41,529 nucleotides of DNA from a virus (taxonomy: Duplodnaviria; Caudoviricetes). Each line of letters begins with the position of its first letter. Position 1 is the first letter of the stretch. The notes below the pieces were generated by a model. The model saw only the letters and a program-made list of their open reading frames with translations. It was not told where the DNA came from and searched no databases. This document shows, in pieces, positions 9,535 to 19,781 of this stretch. Where the stretch lies: positions 1-41,529 of the IMG/VR virus record IMGVR_UViG_3300037722_000461; one strand, given 5' to 3'. Position numbers and translations under genes: made by a program.

Positions 9535-10137
9535 CTAGGTCCTCGTATAGGTAATGACAACATCGAGCAGTCTGGCAGTGGCAGCCAGATTGTCCGAGGC
9601 GTGTGCGCTGTCTCGATAGACCCGTAGTAACACCGTTTTTCCTGCGGCTGGCGTGCCTGCGATGGTTATTGCCGATGTTTCATCCGATTTATTCAGGTCA
9701 CCGTTCGCGTTGTTCGCGTCCGTCGCCAACTGGGCGGATCCGAACGCCGCATCCAGGGCGTCGCTGTCGGCATAGGCAACACCCTGGATGCCCCACACAA
9801 CACTATTTGTGGATGCGTTCGCGCACGTCCAATTAAAATGAGCGGTGACAGGCCCGCCGTCGTAATCTGCTGGCAATTCGAGCAGGAATTCAGCGAACAA
9901 TGCGTAGCCGCTGTCCTCGAAATCCATCACGCGGAAATTGTTCTTGTTGGTGCTGGTCTCGAACGAGGCATAGGATGCGCCGTTCGTTGCGCTGGGGTGG
10001 AACGAAGCGCCATTGATCTGTATCTGTGAGTTGATCTTTTCATCCAGATACTCCTCGTTCTCTTTTATGGCATTCATGTGAGAGGCGGGGAGCTGGTTGC
10101 CCGCACTCTTTGTGGATAGCGTGTTCGGTAATGGCAT
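9535..10137 (-). CDS. Minor tail protein
   Basis: Start MPLPNTLST; AGNQLPASHMN motif typical of tail-fibre N-termini. Confidence 0.6.
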   Translation of the reverse strand: MPLPNTLSTKSAGNQLPASHMNAIKENEEYLDEKINSQIQINGASFHPSATNGASYASFETSTNKNNFRVMDFEDSGYALFAEFLLELPADYDGGPVTAHFNWTCANASTNSVVWGIQGVAYADSDALDAAFGSAQLATDANNANGDLNKSDETSAITIAGTPAAGKTVLLRVYRDSAHASDNLAATARLLDVVITYTRT

Positions 10138-10150
10138 GATCGACTGACTC

Positions 10151-11659
10151 CTAGTATGGCGAGAGCACGTCCGCGCCATCCAGCAAGGACGAGTCCAATA
10201 TAAAATAATCGTTCGAGTCGGCGGGTTCGAGACCCCATTCACAGCCCAGCGTGCCGTCCGTCTCGATGGTGTAGGACACGCGGTTGATGGTATATTCACC
10301 GCCCACCCCCGTGGCCGTTTCCTGCAGCGTCACGCGGTCGCCGATGTCCAGTGTCATGGCGTAGCCCATCAATGTGGCGTTTTCATCCGCAAAGAACTTT
10401 ACGCTCTCTATGTCTGGTTCTTCGGAGCTTGTCCGCTCGAGCAGGCGCACGAGGTACTGCTTTGCCCTGAGATGGTCGGACATATAGAAAAAATCGTAGG
10501 TCGTTTCGCGGTCGGCGTCGCCCGTCTCGGCTATCACGTCAAAGGGGTTGAAGTAATAGATGCCGCGCCCGAAAATGTTGACCAGATTAATGAACAAAAA
10601 AGACCCGCCCGTGTTCTCGATCTCCCACGCGGCGGAATTCCCGCCGATGGTGGTGACTATGCTCAGATTGCCGTTCGCGTCATTTTTGGTGGTGTTCTCG
10701 TACTTGCTGGCGCGGTAGTGCGTGTCTGCCACTGGCGGATCGACCACGTCCATGGCCGAAATGCGCGTGGCCAGGTTTTGCGGGTCCTTGAATCGGAACG
10801 TGAATGTTTCCGTATCTCCGCCGCCAACTTTTAGGTCGTTGTCGTTCTCGTAGATCAGGGTTGTGGCTTCCTCGTCAACCCGCACGGGATGCACCTTTCC
10901 GATAATACGGTTCTTGACGTTGTCGATGCTGCGCCTGATCGACATGCTGCTCATCGTATCGTTCAGTGTCGCGACGGACGAATTACTGGCGCGGTCTTTT
11001 TCGGATTGCATGACCAGCGTTTCCCCGTCCGTGGTGTTGCCGCGTATAAAAACATAGCGCAATGTGGTTTGGCAGATCTTCTGCAACACACCCATGGGAG
11101 ACGTGCGCTCGTCCTGCTCCGACGCAAGTGCAAAAGGCAGGGTATAGTCGTCCTGTTCGAGGTCGGTATTCAGCGGCGCGGTCTCCATCGCCGTTATAAT
11201 CGTCTGTGCGATCTGGTCGGAGCGTTGATCTTGCTGGACCGACAGCAGGTTGATCTTTGCGGCCGCCAGTCTCTGCATGTAGTCCGTGGCGCTCAACGCG
11301 CTCGAACGTTCCTTGAATTGCCCGATGGTCGGTTCCAGGTCCGTGATGAATCCATAAAACTTGTAGTAATAGGTACCCAGATATGAAAAACTCAGGCGGA
11401 TCAATGTATTGCGCCCTAAATTCGCGCGGAAATTGGCGTGCTCGGGAGAATAGTACCCGAGCAATCCCGCCGAGTTTGACTCGCCGTTGTCGAGTGAGAG
11501 CGAAAGGCTGCCAGGCGTCGCGATGCGGTTGGTGATGTCCGACCCGTCAATGCCGCGTTCGGCCACGACGGGCGATTTGAATATCTCAATATCCCGTTTT
11601 AGGCTGACCCATGCGGCGGATATGTAGGCCTCTACGTCCCAATCCCAGGTTACTGTCAT
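10151..11659 (-). CDS. Minor tail/hub protein
   Basis: 502 aa directly after tape measure; LDIGDRV and C-terminal FILDSSLLDG. Confidence 0.7.
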   Translation of the reverse strand: MTVTWDWDVEAYISAAWVSLKRDIEIFKSPVVAERGIDGSDITNRIATPGSLSLSLDNGESNSAGLLGYYSPEHANFRANLGRNTLIRLSFSYLGTYYYKFYGFITDLEPTIGQFKERSSALSATDYMQRLAAAKINLLSVQQDQRSDQIAQTIITAMETAPLNTDLEQDDYTLPFALASEQDERTSPMGVLQKICQTTLRYVFIRGNTTDGETLVMQSEKDRASNSSVATLNDTMSSMSIRRSIDNVKNRIIGKVHPVRVDEEATTLIYENDNDLKVGGGDTETFTFRFKDPQNLATRISAMDVVDPPVADTHYRASKYENTTKNDANGNLSIVTTIGGNSAAWEIENTGGSFLFINLVNIFGRGIYYFNPFDVIAETGDADRETTYDFFYMSDHLRAKQYLVRLLERTSSEEPDIESVKFFADENATLMGYAMTLDIGDRVTLQETATGVGGEYTINRVSYTIETDGTLGCEWGLEPADSNDYFILDSSLLDGADVLSPY

Positions 11660-13911
11660 GGGTTGGCCTGCTGTATGGCTGCCGCGATCGTGCGCGGCAT
11701 GGTGCGTCCCTGGTCACGCAGCAGGCGGTTCGTTTCCTGCTGCTGGGTGACCATGCCCTCGCTGGTCTGCATGATGGACGACACCAATTGCTGGGTCTGA
11801 TATACGGATGATTGCTGGACGGACGCGCTGCCTGCCAGTGCTGCGGATGCAACATCGGTCAGCGCGGCGGTCTGACTGGCCGCAGCCTCGGATGCCTGTG
11901 TGATCTCCTTATTGACAACCGTGGACGATGGTGAACTTTTATTCGATTGCTTCTGTTTTGTATAGTAGGTCGATGGGGTGTAGGTGTAACCGCTTGTGTA
12001 TTGGATCGACGATCCCAACTCGCCGCCGAACCCCATCGCGTCCTCTGGCGTAAGGCCAGCCCGTAACAAATTGCGCGACTCTTCGTTCGTCCAAACATGG
12101 CCGCTTGGATCGATCAACTCAAAACCCTGTTCGCCAACCATCGCCCAGCCCTGACCCAGCGGCAGATCGCCGCCTGATGCAAAAGTATCGTGGGACGGGT
12201 CATAGTTACCCGGGTCGGCGAGCATCGGGTTGTAACCTCCGCCCGAACCGCCGCCAGCGCCTCCACCAAAACCTGAAAAGCTGCCCGATGTATGAACGTT
12301 GACGTAGAAGTCCCACGCCTGACCGTTGCGCTTGTCGAGATTTTGGAATTTTCCGACCATGTCTGTCAGGCGCGCGTTCGGCAGGATGAATGAATCCGCC
12401 ATGGCTTGCATTTCCCGATCCATTACCAGCGCGGAGTCGACCACCGTCTGGTCGATGATGCCCCACTGCTCACCTACTGCCAACAACCCCTGAAATTCGG
12501 CGTCCGTCAAGCCGTCCGAGGCCGCCTTCTGCTGCAAAAGCGAGTAGGCAATGCGCCTGCTGGCGTCTTCGTGTTGTGCGGCCAGCGCGGCTGTGGCCGC
12601 GCTCTGTTCTTCGGCGGCAAATGTGCCATCCTGATAGTCCAAACTCAATTGGCGGACACTGGCGCTGTATTCTTCCCAGGTGATCTTCCCCGCGCGCGCG
12701 TCTGCCAGAAATTCTTTTTGTGACTGTTTGTATAGATCCTGTACGTAACCAGCCTCCTCGAATTTGGAGTTGACCTCAGCCAGGGACTCGTTATATTTAT
12801 CGTTTTCGCTCTGCAGTTGTTCGATCAGCCCAAACATCCCCTGATTGGCTGCGGAGTTATCCTCTATGGCTTCCGTGACGGTATCCAACTGCGCGGCTTG
12901 ACCGGCTAATGCACGTTCCCAGGCCCGCCCATATTCTGATGCGCGTTGTGTTTCTGCAGCCGCTTGTTTCAGGTTGCCGCCATACATCACCGTCATGGCA
13001 TTGACATCCAGCCCGGCGCGCTCAAGCACCTGCATTGTGTCTATCATTTCTTTCTCGCCCTCAACCCAGCCCGAGATTATCTCTGACAGGCCAAGTGTCG
13101 TAATACCCCGAATGACGCGCATAAAGCCTTCTGCCTTGATTTTGTTCTCCTCGAATCCATTGCCTGATTCGGAGAGATGGTCGACAAGCCATACAAGGTC
13201 ATCCACGAACGGACCTAACTCATTGGCGAGATCCTGTTTGATTGTTTCACCAAGTCTTTTCGCCTGCGCCTCCAGCTGAAGGAATGGCCCCAGCGCGGAG
13301 TCGGCGGCGTGCCCCACTTTTTCGATCTGCCCTTCAGCCTGCTGCAGGAAAGCCTCAGTGAAGGCGGCGTTGGTATCGTAGCCCTGATCTTGGAGCGCTT
13401 TCAGGTTCTCCTTGAACCCGTCCACACTGACGTTCAACGAATCGAAGCGCATGGTGGTCTGGTTCGTGAGCGTCAGAACCAGCTGGTTCATGTTCATGTT
13501 CAGCGCGGATGCGACCGCCGCCAGTCTGACCGCTTCGTCGTGCGTCTTAGCCAGCCCCAACCCCATCAGGTCTGTGGCAGATGCGACCAGTTGAGATTCG
13601 GTATACAATCCGCGCGTGGCTGTGCTCAGGTCGGATAGCAGCGCGTCGCTGGTCGTGCCGATGCTCTCGGAAAGGTTGTCGAACCGTTCGCGCATCATCA
13701 GCAGCTCGGCGCCCTCTTTGCCGAGGTCAAACGCCTTTTTGACCCCATAGCCCACACTTGCGATCGAAGCGCCGATTACTGCAAACTGGCTGAAAGTTGC
13801 CTTTAGAGCCTTCGCACCTTTATCAAGGTTCTTGATACCCTGCAAGGTCTCACGATCTGCATTGCCTTGTTTGGCTAATTTGTAGACGATCTCAAGAACG
13901 CTGCGTGCCAT
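11656..13911 (-). CDS. Tail tape measure protein
   Basis: 751 aa, Ala-rich helical; FASGG...MVGEQGFE motif; follows the chaperones. Confidence 0.85.
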   Translation of the reverse strand: MARSVLEIVYKLAKQGNADRETLQGIKNLDKGAKALKATFSQFAVIGASIASVGYGVKKAFDLGKEGAELLMMRERFDNLSESIGTTSDALLSDLSTATRGLYTESQLVASATDLMGLGLAKTHDEAVRLAAVASALNMNMNQLVLTLTNQTTMRFDSLNVSVDGFKENLKALQDQGYDTNAAFTEAFLQQAEGQIEKVGHAADSALGPFLQLEAQAKRLGETIKQDLANELGPFVDDLVWLVDHLSESGNGFEENKIKAEGFMRVIRGITTLGLSEIISGWVEGEKEMIDTMQVLERAGLDVNAMTVMYGGNLKQAAAETQRASEYGRAWERALAGQAAQLDTVTEAIEDNSAANQGMFGLIEQLQSENDKYNESLAEVNSKFEEAGYVQDLYKQSQKEFLADARAGKITWEEYSASVRQLSLDYQDGTFAAEEQSAATAALAAQHEDASRRIAYSLLQQKAASDGLTDAEFQGLLAVGEQWGIIDQTVVDSALVMDREMQAMADSFILPNARLTDMVGKFQNLDKRNGQAWDFYVNVHTSGSFSGFGGGAGGGSGGGYNPMLADPGNYDPSHDTFASGGDLPLGQGWAMVGEQGFELIDPSGHVWTNEESRNLLRAGLTPEDAMGFGGELGSSIQYTSGYTYTPSTYYTKQKQSNKSSPSSTVVNKEITQASEAAASQTAALTDVASAALAGSASVQQSSVYQTQQLVSSIMQTSEGMVTQQQETNRLLRDQGRTMPRTIAAAIQQANP

Positions 13912-13914
13912 GTT

Positions 13915-14197
13915 TTATTGAGCCTTGTATCCGTTTCGTTTGTAGTATTCGCGCTGGAACTGCGCGAATTTTATGTCGATGGCTTTTCGCCTGGCCTGCC
14001 GTTTTGGAAGGTCGACCGCGATGCCCAGGAAAAGGTCGATCCATTCGTCGTCCAGCTGGTCAACTTCCATCGCGCTGATGACGGGTCCACCGTGAACTTT
14101 GTTGATGATGCGCGCGATGGTCACGGAATTGATTTTCTCGTGGTCAGCGCCGCGTCCCTCCGCGACCTCACTCAGCGCGGCGCTCAGGATTTTTTTT
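13915..14197 (-). CDS. Tail assembly chaperone frameshift extension (T part of G-T)
   Basis: -1 frame is open from the A8 run (KKILSAALSEV...) to TAA just before the tape measure start. Confidence 0.75.
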
Positions 14198-14612
14198 GAC
14201 GATTCCTGTGCTCCCGCATCTTTTCCTGCGACATGTCGCGCAGCCAGTTGAAGAGCGCAGGATCGGTCTCGTCGAGCTCCTTCAACTCCTCGGGCGTCCA
14301 GTGCCTTTCCTGGTTCTCGCCCTGCGACCAGAGCGCCGCATACCATTCGCGCAGCTTCGGGGCGTACTCCTCGTCGGTCCACGTTGCCAGGTGATCGAGG
14401 GACTTCTGGTAGTTCGTGCGATCTTCGCCGTCCCCAGGTAATACCCTGCGAACCTTATCCATCTCAAGCGCCATGCGTTGGTTCAAATTGTCGAACGTGT
14501 TGATGACATTGCGGGTCGGGTTGACCCAGACATCCACGGTCTGGCCCTTGAGTTCCGTGGCGTACTCCTCGAGCTTGATCGGGCGGATGATCTTTGTGAT
14601 TTGAATTTTCAT
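14184..14612 (-). CDS. Tail assembly chaperone (G)
   Basis: Between major tail and tape measure genes; ends ...RQKKS at an A8 slippery run. Confidence 0.8.
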   Translation of the reverse strand: MKIQITKIIRPIKLEEYATELKGQTVDVWVNPTRNVINTFDNLNQRMALEMDKVRRVLPGDGEDRTNYQKSLDHLATWTDEEYAPKLREWYAALWSQGENQERHWTPEELKELDETDPALFNWLRDMSQEKMREHRNRQKKS

Positions 14613-14641
14613 GTGAGACTCCTTCCAGTCTTTTATTTTTT

Positions 14642-15664
14642 TTACGACCAGGCGTTTACGTCTGTCGTCAAGGTCAGGCCGAGCATCTTCGCGCCTGTTG
14701 CGTCATAGGTTCCGTGCGCCGAGAACGACGCAAGATTATCGTTGCGGTCTTCTCCGTCTATCGCGCCCACCGCCTCAAAATACCCGCCGATATCGACGGT
14801 TAGATTGTGGGGGTCTCCCGATCCGATCTGCGTGCCATTGATCGCAAGGCGCGCCACCATGAACGTGGGGGTCTGCATATAACCGAGGATGTCGTTCGCG
14901 TCCGATCCCGCCTCGATCGTGAACACGCCCATGACAGCGATCTCGCCCTCCTTGTGAGAGTTGAACGTGTCCACCGCGCTGCCTGTCGCGTCGGGATGTA
15001 CTCCCGTCATGATCTTGATCTGGAATCCGCGCAGCAGGTTGGCAAGCTCCGTGCCTCCAACGCCGCTCCATGCGGTATCCAGGTACAGCCGCGCGAGTTT
15101 GGCGTTCATCAATTCTCCCGTGGACAGGGCTAACGCGGGTGTTTTGGTGGTCTCGGTCAACTTGCGGCCAAAGAACGGCATGTCGCAGGATACTGCCGCG
15201 TCGCCGCCATCCTGTGAAATGGTGCCGTTGATGTTGATCTCGCGGAACATGCAGTATTCGGTCTCCCACGCCTGTACATCGTCTGCCAGTTCAATCGTGG
15301 CGGACTCGGGCTCGTTGGCGGTGGCTGTCAGCGAGGGAGTGAAATCCCAAAGATAGTCGGTCTGCGAGGTGGTTTGCTCGACAGCTGTCACGCCGCCTTT
15401 CAAGCCGCACGAGAGCGGGAATAACAACTGCTGAAAAGTCGTATCCTCTGTCATCAGGTTGTTTTCGTACAGCTTCTGATAATTGACGACGCGCCTTTCA
15501 GCGACGCGGACATTGTTCATCTCGCGGATGAATTTCGGTTTTACATCCGTGCCGATCTTTAAGTTATTGGGAGCCATGCCAGGCCAGATGCGGTCCGCGG
15601 CGACAGCGTCGCCGCTCGTGCCCTCCGCCCCGTATTGGATGACGTTGAAATTAGTTGTGCCCAT
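14642..15664 (-). CDS. Major tail (tube) protein
   Basis: 340 aa; IQYGAE..G N-terminus; position before the chaperones. Confidence 0.75.
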   Translation of the reverse strand: MGTTNFNVIQYGAEGTSGDAVAADRIWPGMAPNNLKIGTDVKPKFIREMNNVRVAERRVVNYQKLYENNLMTEDTTFQQLLFPLSCGLKGGVTAVEQTTSQTDYLWDFTPSLTATANEPESATIELADDVQAWETEYCMFREININGTISQDGGDAAVSCDMPFFGRKLTETTKTPALALSTGELMNAKLARLYLDTAWSGVGGTELANLLRGFQIKIMTGVHPDATGSAVDTFNSHKEGEIAVMGVFTIEAGSDANDILGYMQTPTFMVARLAINGTQIGSGDPHNLTVDIGGYFEAVGAIDGEDRNDNLASFSAHGTYDATGAKMLGLTLTTDVNAWS

Positions 15665-15667
15665 GTT

Positions 15668-15871
15668 TTATTCCTTTGATTCAGGTTTTCCAACTTTTGG
15701 GAGCTGGATTTTTGTTTGGTCGGGCATTTTCTTTTCGGAGTAATATCCGTTCTTGATAGCCTGTTTCAGAACGCTTTCCAAGCCGTTGAGCCTCGCCCAT
15801 TCGTCGGTTACCTCGTGCGGCAGGCCAGGCACGCCCGCGCCGTGTTTGGTGTCGAAAATGTATGTCTTCAT
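15668..15871 (-). CDS. Small hypothetical protein
   Basis: MKTYIFDTKHGAGVPGLP with GAGG RBS. Confidence 0.55.
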   Translation of the reverse strand: MKTYIFDTKHGAGVPGLPHEVTDEWARLNGLESVLKQAIKNGYYSEKKMPDQTKIQLPKVGKPESKE

Positions 15872-15875
15872 ATCC

Positions 15876-16358
15876 TCACTCTCCTGTCGCCACCGTGATG
15901 GAGGCGTTCTTGTTTTCCTTGACCCGCCAGTGGACAACGTAGCCCCAATGCTCGGACTCGTTGCCAAATTGCAGGCTGATAGGCCCTGTGATCTGGTCAT
16001 CGCGTTCCTCAAGAATAAAATTCTCCACCAGGCCTCCGAGTTTCAGGTTCGCCGCCGCCGCCTGCGCGATCAGGTCGGGCCAGTTCATAATGTACGGAAT
16101 TGCATCCAGATCTAGATTCGGCCATATGTGAAAATCTGTCGAGCCGCGGTAGAAGCCTTCATTCGGTCCGCCTGCGCTTGCCTGGAATCTGGCGAACTCT
16201 GGGAACGAGAGCGCGATGGGTTCGCTCTTGAGCTGGTCGGGGTCGATGGTGTCAGGATAGTCCTGGGATTTGTTCAGGTACGGGGCTCGGACAGTCGTAA
16301 ATCCTCGACCTTGAATGCCAGACCAGACATCCTGCAGCGCGTCGATCCACGCCTGCAT
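15876..16358 (-). CDS. Tail terminator/completion protein
   Basis: Synteny (before major tail) and size. Confidence 0.55.
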   Translation of the reverse strand: MQAWIDALQDVWSGIQGRGFTTVRAPYLNKSQDYPDTIDPDQLKSEPIALSFPEFARFQASAGGPNEGFYRGSTDFHIWPNLDLDAIPYIMNWPDLIAQAAAANLKLGGLVENFILEERDDQITGPISLQFGNESEHWGYVVHWRVKENKNASITVATGE

Positions 16359-16891
16359 CAGCGCACCACCATTTCCGCGAGCGCGTCATCCGCGCCCGCT
16401 TTCATCTCGCCCTCGACCCGCGGCCTGGCTGCAGAAAAACTGGCGGCCATAAATCCACGTTTCGAGAAACCAGGGTGGATGGTCATGGTGACCCAGCGGT
16501 TGCCGATGAATACGTGCGCCGCTTTTAGCTTTCCACGCTGTTCCTGACGCGCGAGTCGTCGTCGTGCCGCTTCGGAACGGTTTTTCGATCCTCCGACCAG
16601 AGAGTGACGTTTCGCGCCGTGCTCGACGATGTTGATGTAATACACCTCGCCATCGTAGAATCCAACCGTGCCTATCAGAGATTTTCCGAAACCATAGACA
16701 CCGCGCCGCAATGCTCCTGCGGCCTTGCCTGTTTCACCGTGAGGGACTTTCGGCGAGGCGATGCCGTAGGTCATCTCGACGGAATTTTTCATGCGGAGAT
16801 GAAAATGCTTGTCGAGGAAACGCTGCGACTGCTGGAGCAGCGAGATTTGCCTTTCGAGGTCGGGGGAGATAACGTCGACTTTTATGCTCAT
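16358..16891 (-). CDS. HK97 gp10-like neck protein
   Basis: VP..TG, YINIVEHG, HPG...RGFM motifs. Confidence 0.7.
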   Translation of the reverse strand: MSIKVDVISPDLERQISLLQQSQRFLDKHFHLRMKNSVEMTYGIASPKVPHGETGKAAGALRRGVYGFGKSLIGTVGFYDGEVYYINIVEHGAKRHSLVGGSKNRSEAARRRLARQEQRGKLKAAHVFIGNRWVTMTIHPGFSKRGFMAASFSAARPRVEGEMKAGADDALAEMVVR

Positions 16892-17904
16892 ATTTTTCCG
16901 ATCCAGTAATTCATTTTGATGCGCTCTATGTCGTACTGCGGGAAGGCGTCGTTGTAGAACGTCTCGCCAAGATCAGCCTTGCCGATGCGTCCCTGGAAAC
17001 CGCTGGCGGCTTTATTGACCATGAGCGTGGCGATTTCGACCGCCAGAAAACGTATGTCGTCGGGAGGCACGTAACGGGTGATGGATGCGCCGCTGGTATG
17101 CGCGGCCGCGGTCGTGCCGTTGATGGCGCGCTCGAGCGTGACCGTGCGGTACACGTCCACGGGGTCAAGGTCGGAGTGAGCCGCCTTGCCAGACCCGTTC
17201 CAACTGCGCTTGAGCGAGAGCAGGTCCTGCCGTTTTTCCCTGATCTTCATCTGTTCGAAGGTCACACGGATGATCTCGCCCGCGTTCAGGTCGGTGGCAT
17301 CGTCCAACGAAACCTGTTCGGCGTTGACGGCCAGGGCGCCATCCAGGTAGGCAACCTCTTCGGTCGGGTCCCCCCAGCCTGTGATGAGCATCTTTTCGCT
17401 GTCGATCTCGACGATCATGCCTGGCGAAACTTTGGCGCCGTTGTCCACCAGCATACTGGTCGCGCTGTCTGTCATATTCGCGGACAGCGTCGTGTCCGTA
17501 ACCACGGTTCGGGAGTAGAGACCGACCGTGCAGGGGATCTGGATCGAGTCCGCATCCTGCGCGCACCAGTCGCTGAAGTTGGGAGCATCAGACAGGCGCT
17601 CCATTCCGAGATACGGCCCATTGGCCCACATCTGGCGCATGAACACAAAATCAGTGCCCTCTGTCAACGCGTTGCTCTCGACGGTGATAGAACCCGTCAG
17701 AGAGAGGATCGGCGGATGCGGGTAAAGGTATTGTTTTCCGTTGCCGCGCATCTGGGTGGTCTGCGAAACAGGAATGAACCATCCGATCTCCTCCTCGAGG
17801 AAGCGGCTGGCATCGCGCGCAGATTGATAAAGGCGCGCTTCATCCCCCGATTCTTTGTCGGCGAGGATGTCACTGGCACTGCAGAATATCTGATGATTGG
17901 TCAT
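16888..17904 (-). CDS. Head-tail adaptor with inserted repeat domain
   Basis: ASRFLEEEIG N-terminus and VPPDDIR.LAVEIA C-terminus of adaptors; central repeats ending R..NG....AH. Confidence 0.65.
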   Translation of the reverse strand: MTNHQIFCSASDILADKESGDEARLYQSARDASRFLEEEIGWFIPVSQTTQMRGNGKQYLYPHPPILSLTGSITVESNALTEGTDFVFMRQMWANGPYLGMERLSDAPNFSDWCAQDADSIQIPCTVGLYSRTVVTDTTLSANMTDSATSMLVDNGAKVSPGMIVEIDSEKMLITGWGDPTEEVAYLDGALAVNAEQVSLDDATDLNAGEIIRVTFEQMKIREKRQDLLSLKRSWNGSGKAAHSDLDPVDVYRTVTLERAINGTTAAAHTSGASITRYVPPDDIRFLAVEIATLMVNKAASGFQGRIGKADLGETFYNDAFPQYDIERIKMNYWIGKI

Positions 17905-17916
17905 ATCCGTTCTTCA

Positions 17917-17947
17917 GCCCCCGCCCTGGGGGATGCAGGGCGGGGGC
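17917..17947. terminator. GC-rich hairpin downstream of capsid genes
   Basis: GCCCCCGCCCTG-N7-CAGGGCGGGGGC; no U-tract, so may be an mRNA stabiliser. Confidence 0.45.
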
Positions 17948-17980
17948 GGGGAAGACAGTCATGGAAGGATGACTGGATTC

Positions 17981-18235
17981 CTATTTTTCGGATCCAGAAC
18001 TTTTGGATCTGGCGGCACCCTTGCGCTTCGCGGAGCGCTCTACCGCCTCATCGACAGTCAGCAGCGCTTCGTCCTGCACTTCGGGTACGGGGGGCAGCGC
18101 ATCAACCTGTTTGACACGCGGCTTGGGATCTGGCTCCTGAATTACGGTCCAGCCTTCATCCTTAAATTCTTGAAGTTTGGAAGGTGGGACGAACATCTTC
18201 GCCCCGCCCTTTTCCATGAGATAGTTATCGGTCAT
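17981..18235 (-). CDS. Small hypothetical protein after capsid
   Basis: MTDNYLMEKGG...; basic C-terminus. Confidence 0.55.
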   Translation of the reverse strand: MTDNYLMEKGGAKMFVPPSKLQEFKDEGWTVIQEPDPKPRVKQVDALPPVPEVQDEALLTVDEAVERSAKRKGAARSKSSGSEK

Positions 18236-18239
18236 CGGA

Positions 18240-19391
18240 TTAACCCAACAGGAGCGCGATGTGCTCCGATTTGACGGCTTCGACACCCCAGGCAGCCGCT
18301 ACAACGAAGACCTTTTGCAGGAATCCGCCATATTCGAGCACCATGAAATTCATGCCGCTGACAGGATCGGTCACAACATATTGATCGAGAGCCGCGTCGC
18401 CGCCTTCGGGCAGCTTGGGCAGACGGGTGAGCAGATGGATCGCGTTGCGGTCGAAGGCCATATTGGCGGTGTAATTGGCAGCCACATCCACAGGATCGTT
18501 GTTGGCCCACGCCCTCAAGACACCTGGATTCGCAAGGACAACGTCGCCGTCACCATCGCCAGCCCAGCCCGTCCCAACGATATACTTATTGGCGTCTGTG
18601 TTGGTTTTGTTGTTGGTGAGTACGTCGCCCGCCAGGAATGAGCCTGTGCCCGTATCAACGTGGATGGTGGTCGAGCCTTCCGCATACCCAGCGGTCAGGT
18701 CAACGAGATACCCCGCGGGGTCGCCAGCGGTATGCGCGGCAACCTGCGCCGATTCTTTGATGCTGAAACCATGAATATTGAGCAGCTCGCCGTTGCGCAG
18801 GGTTGCGCTGTCACCAGCCTCATTGGCCTTTGTGAGATTGGCGAGAGTGCGCAGCGATGCGCCCGCGCTCGTATCGATCACCATTTGGAGATCTGTGGTC
18901 GGAGCGCCGTTATCTTTAAGAACCTTGAGCAGCTGGGCACTCTCTGCAAGGTTGGTGGAGAAAGGCGTGGTGCCAGCCGCGCCATAAGCGCGGGAGGCAT
19001 ATTTATACAATGCGCCCAGGTCTGTCTCGATCTCATTCGTCAACGTGCGCATCGCCTGCAGGAATTGGTTCTGCTTGACATTGCCCTGGAAGGGTCCAAT
19101 GCTGAACCATTCCTCGCCGTTCCACGGGAATGCAACGTACCTGACCTTGTTAACTGTCATGGTGCCTGCGGCAATGGTCTGTCCAGACGGATCGGGCAGG
19201 GTCATGGATGGAGTGGCATTGCTGGCCGTCATGGTCGGGACAATGGGATAGGTGATGTTCTGATCCTTCGCCACCATTTCCGCCTTGGCGTTGTGATAAA
19301 CAGAGGGGATGAACCCCACGAGTTCGCGGCTGATCTGGTCTGCGGCCGCCTCAACCATTGGGATCAATCCCGTAAGGGTATTTGCTGACAT
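18240..19391 (-). CDS. Major capsid protein (P22 coat-like, HK97 fold)
   Basis: MSANTLTGLIP...SRELVGFIP; NMAFDRNAI...WGV; AGGAG RBS. Confidence 0.85.
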   Translation of the reverse strand: MSANTLTGLIPMVEAAADQISRELVGFIPSVYHNAKAEMVAKDQNITYPIVPTMTASNATPSMTLPDPSGQTIAAGTMTVNKVRYVAFPWNGEEWFSIGPFQGNVKQNQFLQAMRTLTNEIETDLGALYKYASRAYGAAGTTPFSTNLAESAQLLKVLKDNGAPTTDLQMVIDTSAGASLRTLANLTKANEAGDSATLRNGELLNIHGFSIKESAQVAAHTAGDPAGYLVDLTAGYAEGSTTIHVDTGTGSFLAGDVLTNNKTNTDANKYIVGTGWAGDGDGDVVLANPGVLRAWANNDPVDVAANYTANMAFDRNAIHLLTRLPKLPEGGDAALDQYVVTDPVSGMNFMVLEYGGFLQKVFVVAAAWGVEAVKSEHIALLLG

Positions 19392-19403
19392 GTTGGTATC
19401 TCC

Positions 19404-19781
19404 TTATGAGATGGATTGTTGAACGCGTCCGCCCTGAAGGACGAACTCTTTGCGTTCTCTCGCGTCGAGTTTTTCAAATTCGGCGCGGTTCATGACCCCT
19501 TTTGGTTTTTTCTCTTCTTCATCGGGGATCTCTTCGGCGGAGACGGGCAGGAAGTTCCGCGTGACATTGGATGTCTCGGAAGCTTTTCTCAGCTTGTTGT
19601 AGAAATTCTCTGCCTTTTCGGCTTTGGCGGTCGCCTCGTCCAGCTGCGGTGCAAGCGCCATTGCCTGCTCGTCGCCTTCGGGTGTTCCCAACGCCATCAA
19701 TTCGTCGATCTGGTTGATGACGGCCTGCACATTGGCTTGCGCTTTGAGAACATTGTCGTAATAGGGTTTCAAGTCAGTCAT
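19404..19781 (-). CDS. Putative scaffolding protein
   Basis: Coiled-coil between protease and capsid; C-terminal RAEFEKLD..ERKEFV.QGGRV. Confidence 0.6.
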   Translation of the reverse strand: MTDLKPYYDNVLKAQANVQAVINQIDELMALGTPEGDEQAMALAPQLDEATAKAEKAENFYNKLRKASETSNVTRNFLPVSAEEIPDEEEKKPKGVMNRAEFEKLDARERKEFVLQGGRVQQSIS

